In this document: positions 62,979 through 64,000 of the stretch, piece after piece
Numbering within the stretch: position 1 is the first letter of the stretch
Layout: each line of letters begins with the position of its first letter
NCBI GenBank assembly: GCA_963920595.1
Contig: OY986947.1
Span: 3,534,001-3,598,000 of the forward strand
DNA from: Eimeria praecox
Lineage: Eukaryota
Length of the DNA: 64,000 bases
Direction of reading: 5' to 3'
Notes under the pieces: generated by a model
What the model was told of the DNA's origin: nothing
What the model saw: the letters and a program-made list of their open reading frames with translations, nothing else
Database searches by the model: none
Program-made: the position numbers and the translations under genes

Positions 62979-63880
62979 GCTTATTTACATATGTATTTAT
63001 ATTTTGGCTTTTGTCTCAAGCAGATTATTTGCATCTCTTCGTTTGTCGTGATTAGGGCTCACGTTGCAGTGCTCAAGAGCAACAAGCTAGTTAGGGGCAC
63101 AACGGTTAGCTCTGCCAGAACCACAGTTTTGCAGCGTACAAAAGCGCAAAGAGTTACGGGTAGACGCATGGTGAGCTTCAGCGCTTTTGCTTAACACCGA
63201 CGAGGTTAAGGAAGGATGTGGCAAATACGCATCTGCTGCCTCGGCAACCTAAACTCTCTCCTCCCAGTTCGCCTGAAAGTTGTAGCGCCAACCGCTTAGC
63301 TTTCTCTTCGGATTAGCATGAATTTAAGAGGAAAGCATAAATATACGTGGACTGCACATGTCTGATCCTTCTGAAGAAGCAGTCCATGCATTCTAGCTGG
63401 GCCACTCAACTCAAATGGCAAACCCGACACAAAGCTGGCTCCGTTTCAACTCAGCTGTTGTCTTCCCCTGCGTCTGAGTACCATGAAGGAGATTCTGGTG
63501 TGTAGAGTAGTACAGCTAAATCCTATGCGAGTTATACGCTTATTCGTACACGCGTGCCTACTACAGCATGTAGAGGATGGCATAATAGGCAATGTGTGAG
63601 ATCGAGGAAACTATTCCTTGCTGTTTAAATGTACAGAAATGTTCTGCGCAACTCTTTCTAATAGTAAACTCAGCACTTCCGCATCAGTTAGTCATATTTA
63701 GTGCTGCCTATACATCTTAATGCATCAAAATTTATTTAAATCTTGCGGCAGGCTTCGTAAGCCAATAAAACATACAGTCAGTCAATGGAGAACGCTCCAC
63801 GCTTGCTTTTGCTTATCTAAAGATTTTGTGTTGACTTTTGTGTACATGCATCAGTCCACGCATAAAATTATTTATGCACC

Positions 63881-63979
<99 letters not shown>

Positions 63980-64000
63980 CACTCACGAGACCTTTCTCAT

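Overview
Eukaryotic, intron-rich DNA with the hallmarks of a coccidian apicomplexan, most likely Eimeria: massive CAG/CTG tracts encoding poly-A/Q/S, interstitial AAACCCT telomere-like arrays and TGCATGCA motifs. The first ~43.9 kb is repeat-saturated and the rest is much less repetitive. Most ORF-track entries are repeat artefacts. Manual splicing with phase checks gives ten protein genes. In order: the 3' part of a Q-rich hypothetical (+); a 7-exon SPATA17-like IQ protein (-); an AT-rich 6-exon hypothetical (-); a single-exon homopolymer-rich hypothetical (+); a large ApiAP2 factor (-); a compact 4-exon double-AP2 protein with a presequence-like N-terminus, a candidate mitoribosomal AP2 (-); a second single-exon hypothetical (+); ORC4 with degenerate Walker motifs (-); OLA1/YchF (+); and a SNF1/AMPK-related kinase (+). 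A tRNA-Pro(AGG) sits inside a GC-AG intron of OLA1. The most curious feature is an antisense tRNA T-arm fragment in OLA1 intron 4 that can pair with that tRNA across two frame-neutral exons. All calls come from reading the sequence by eye and no database search was run.
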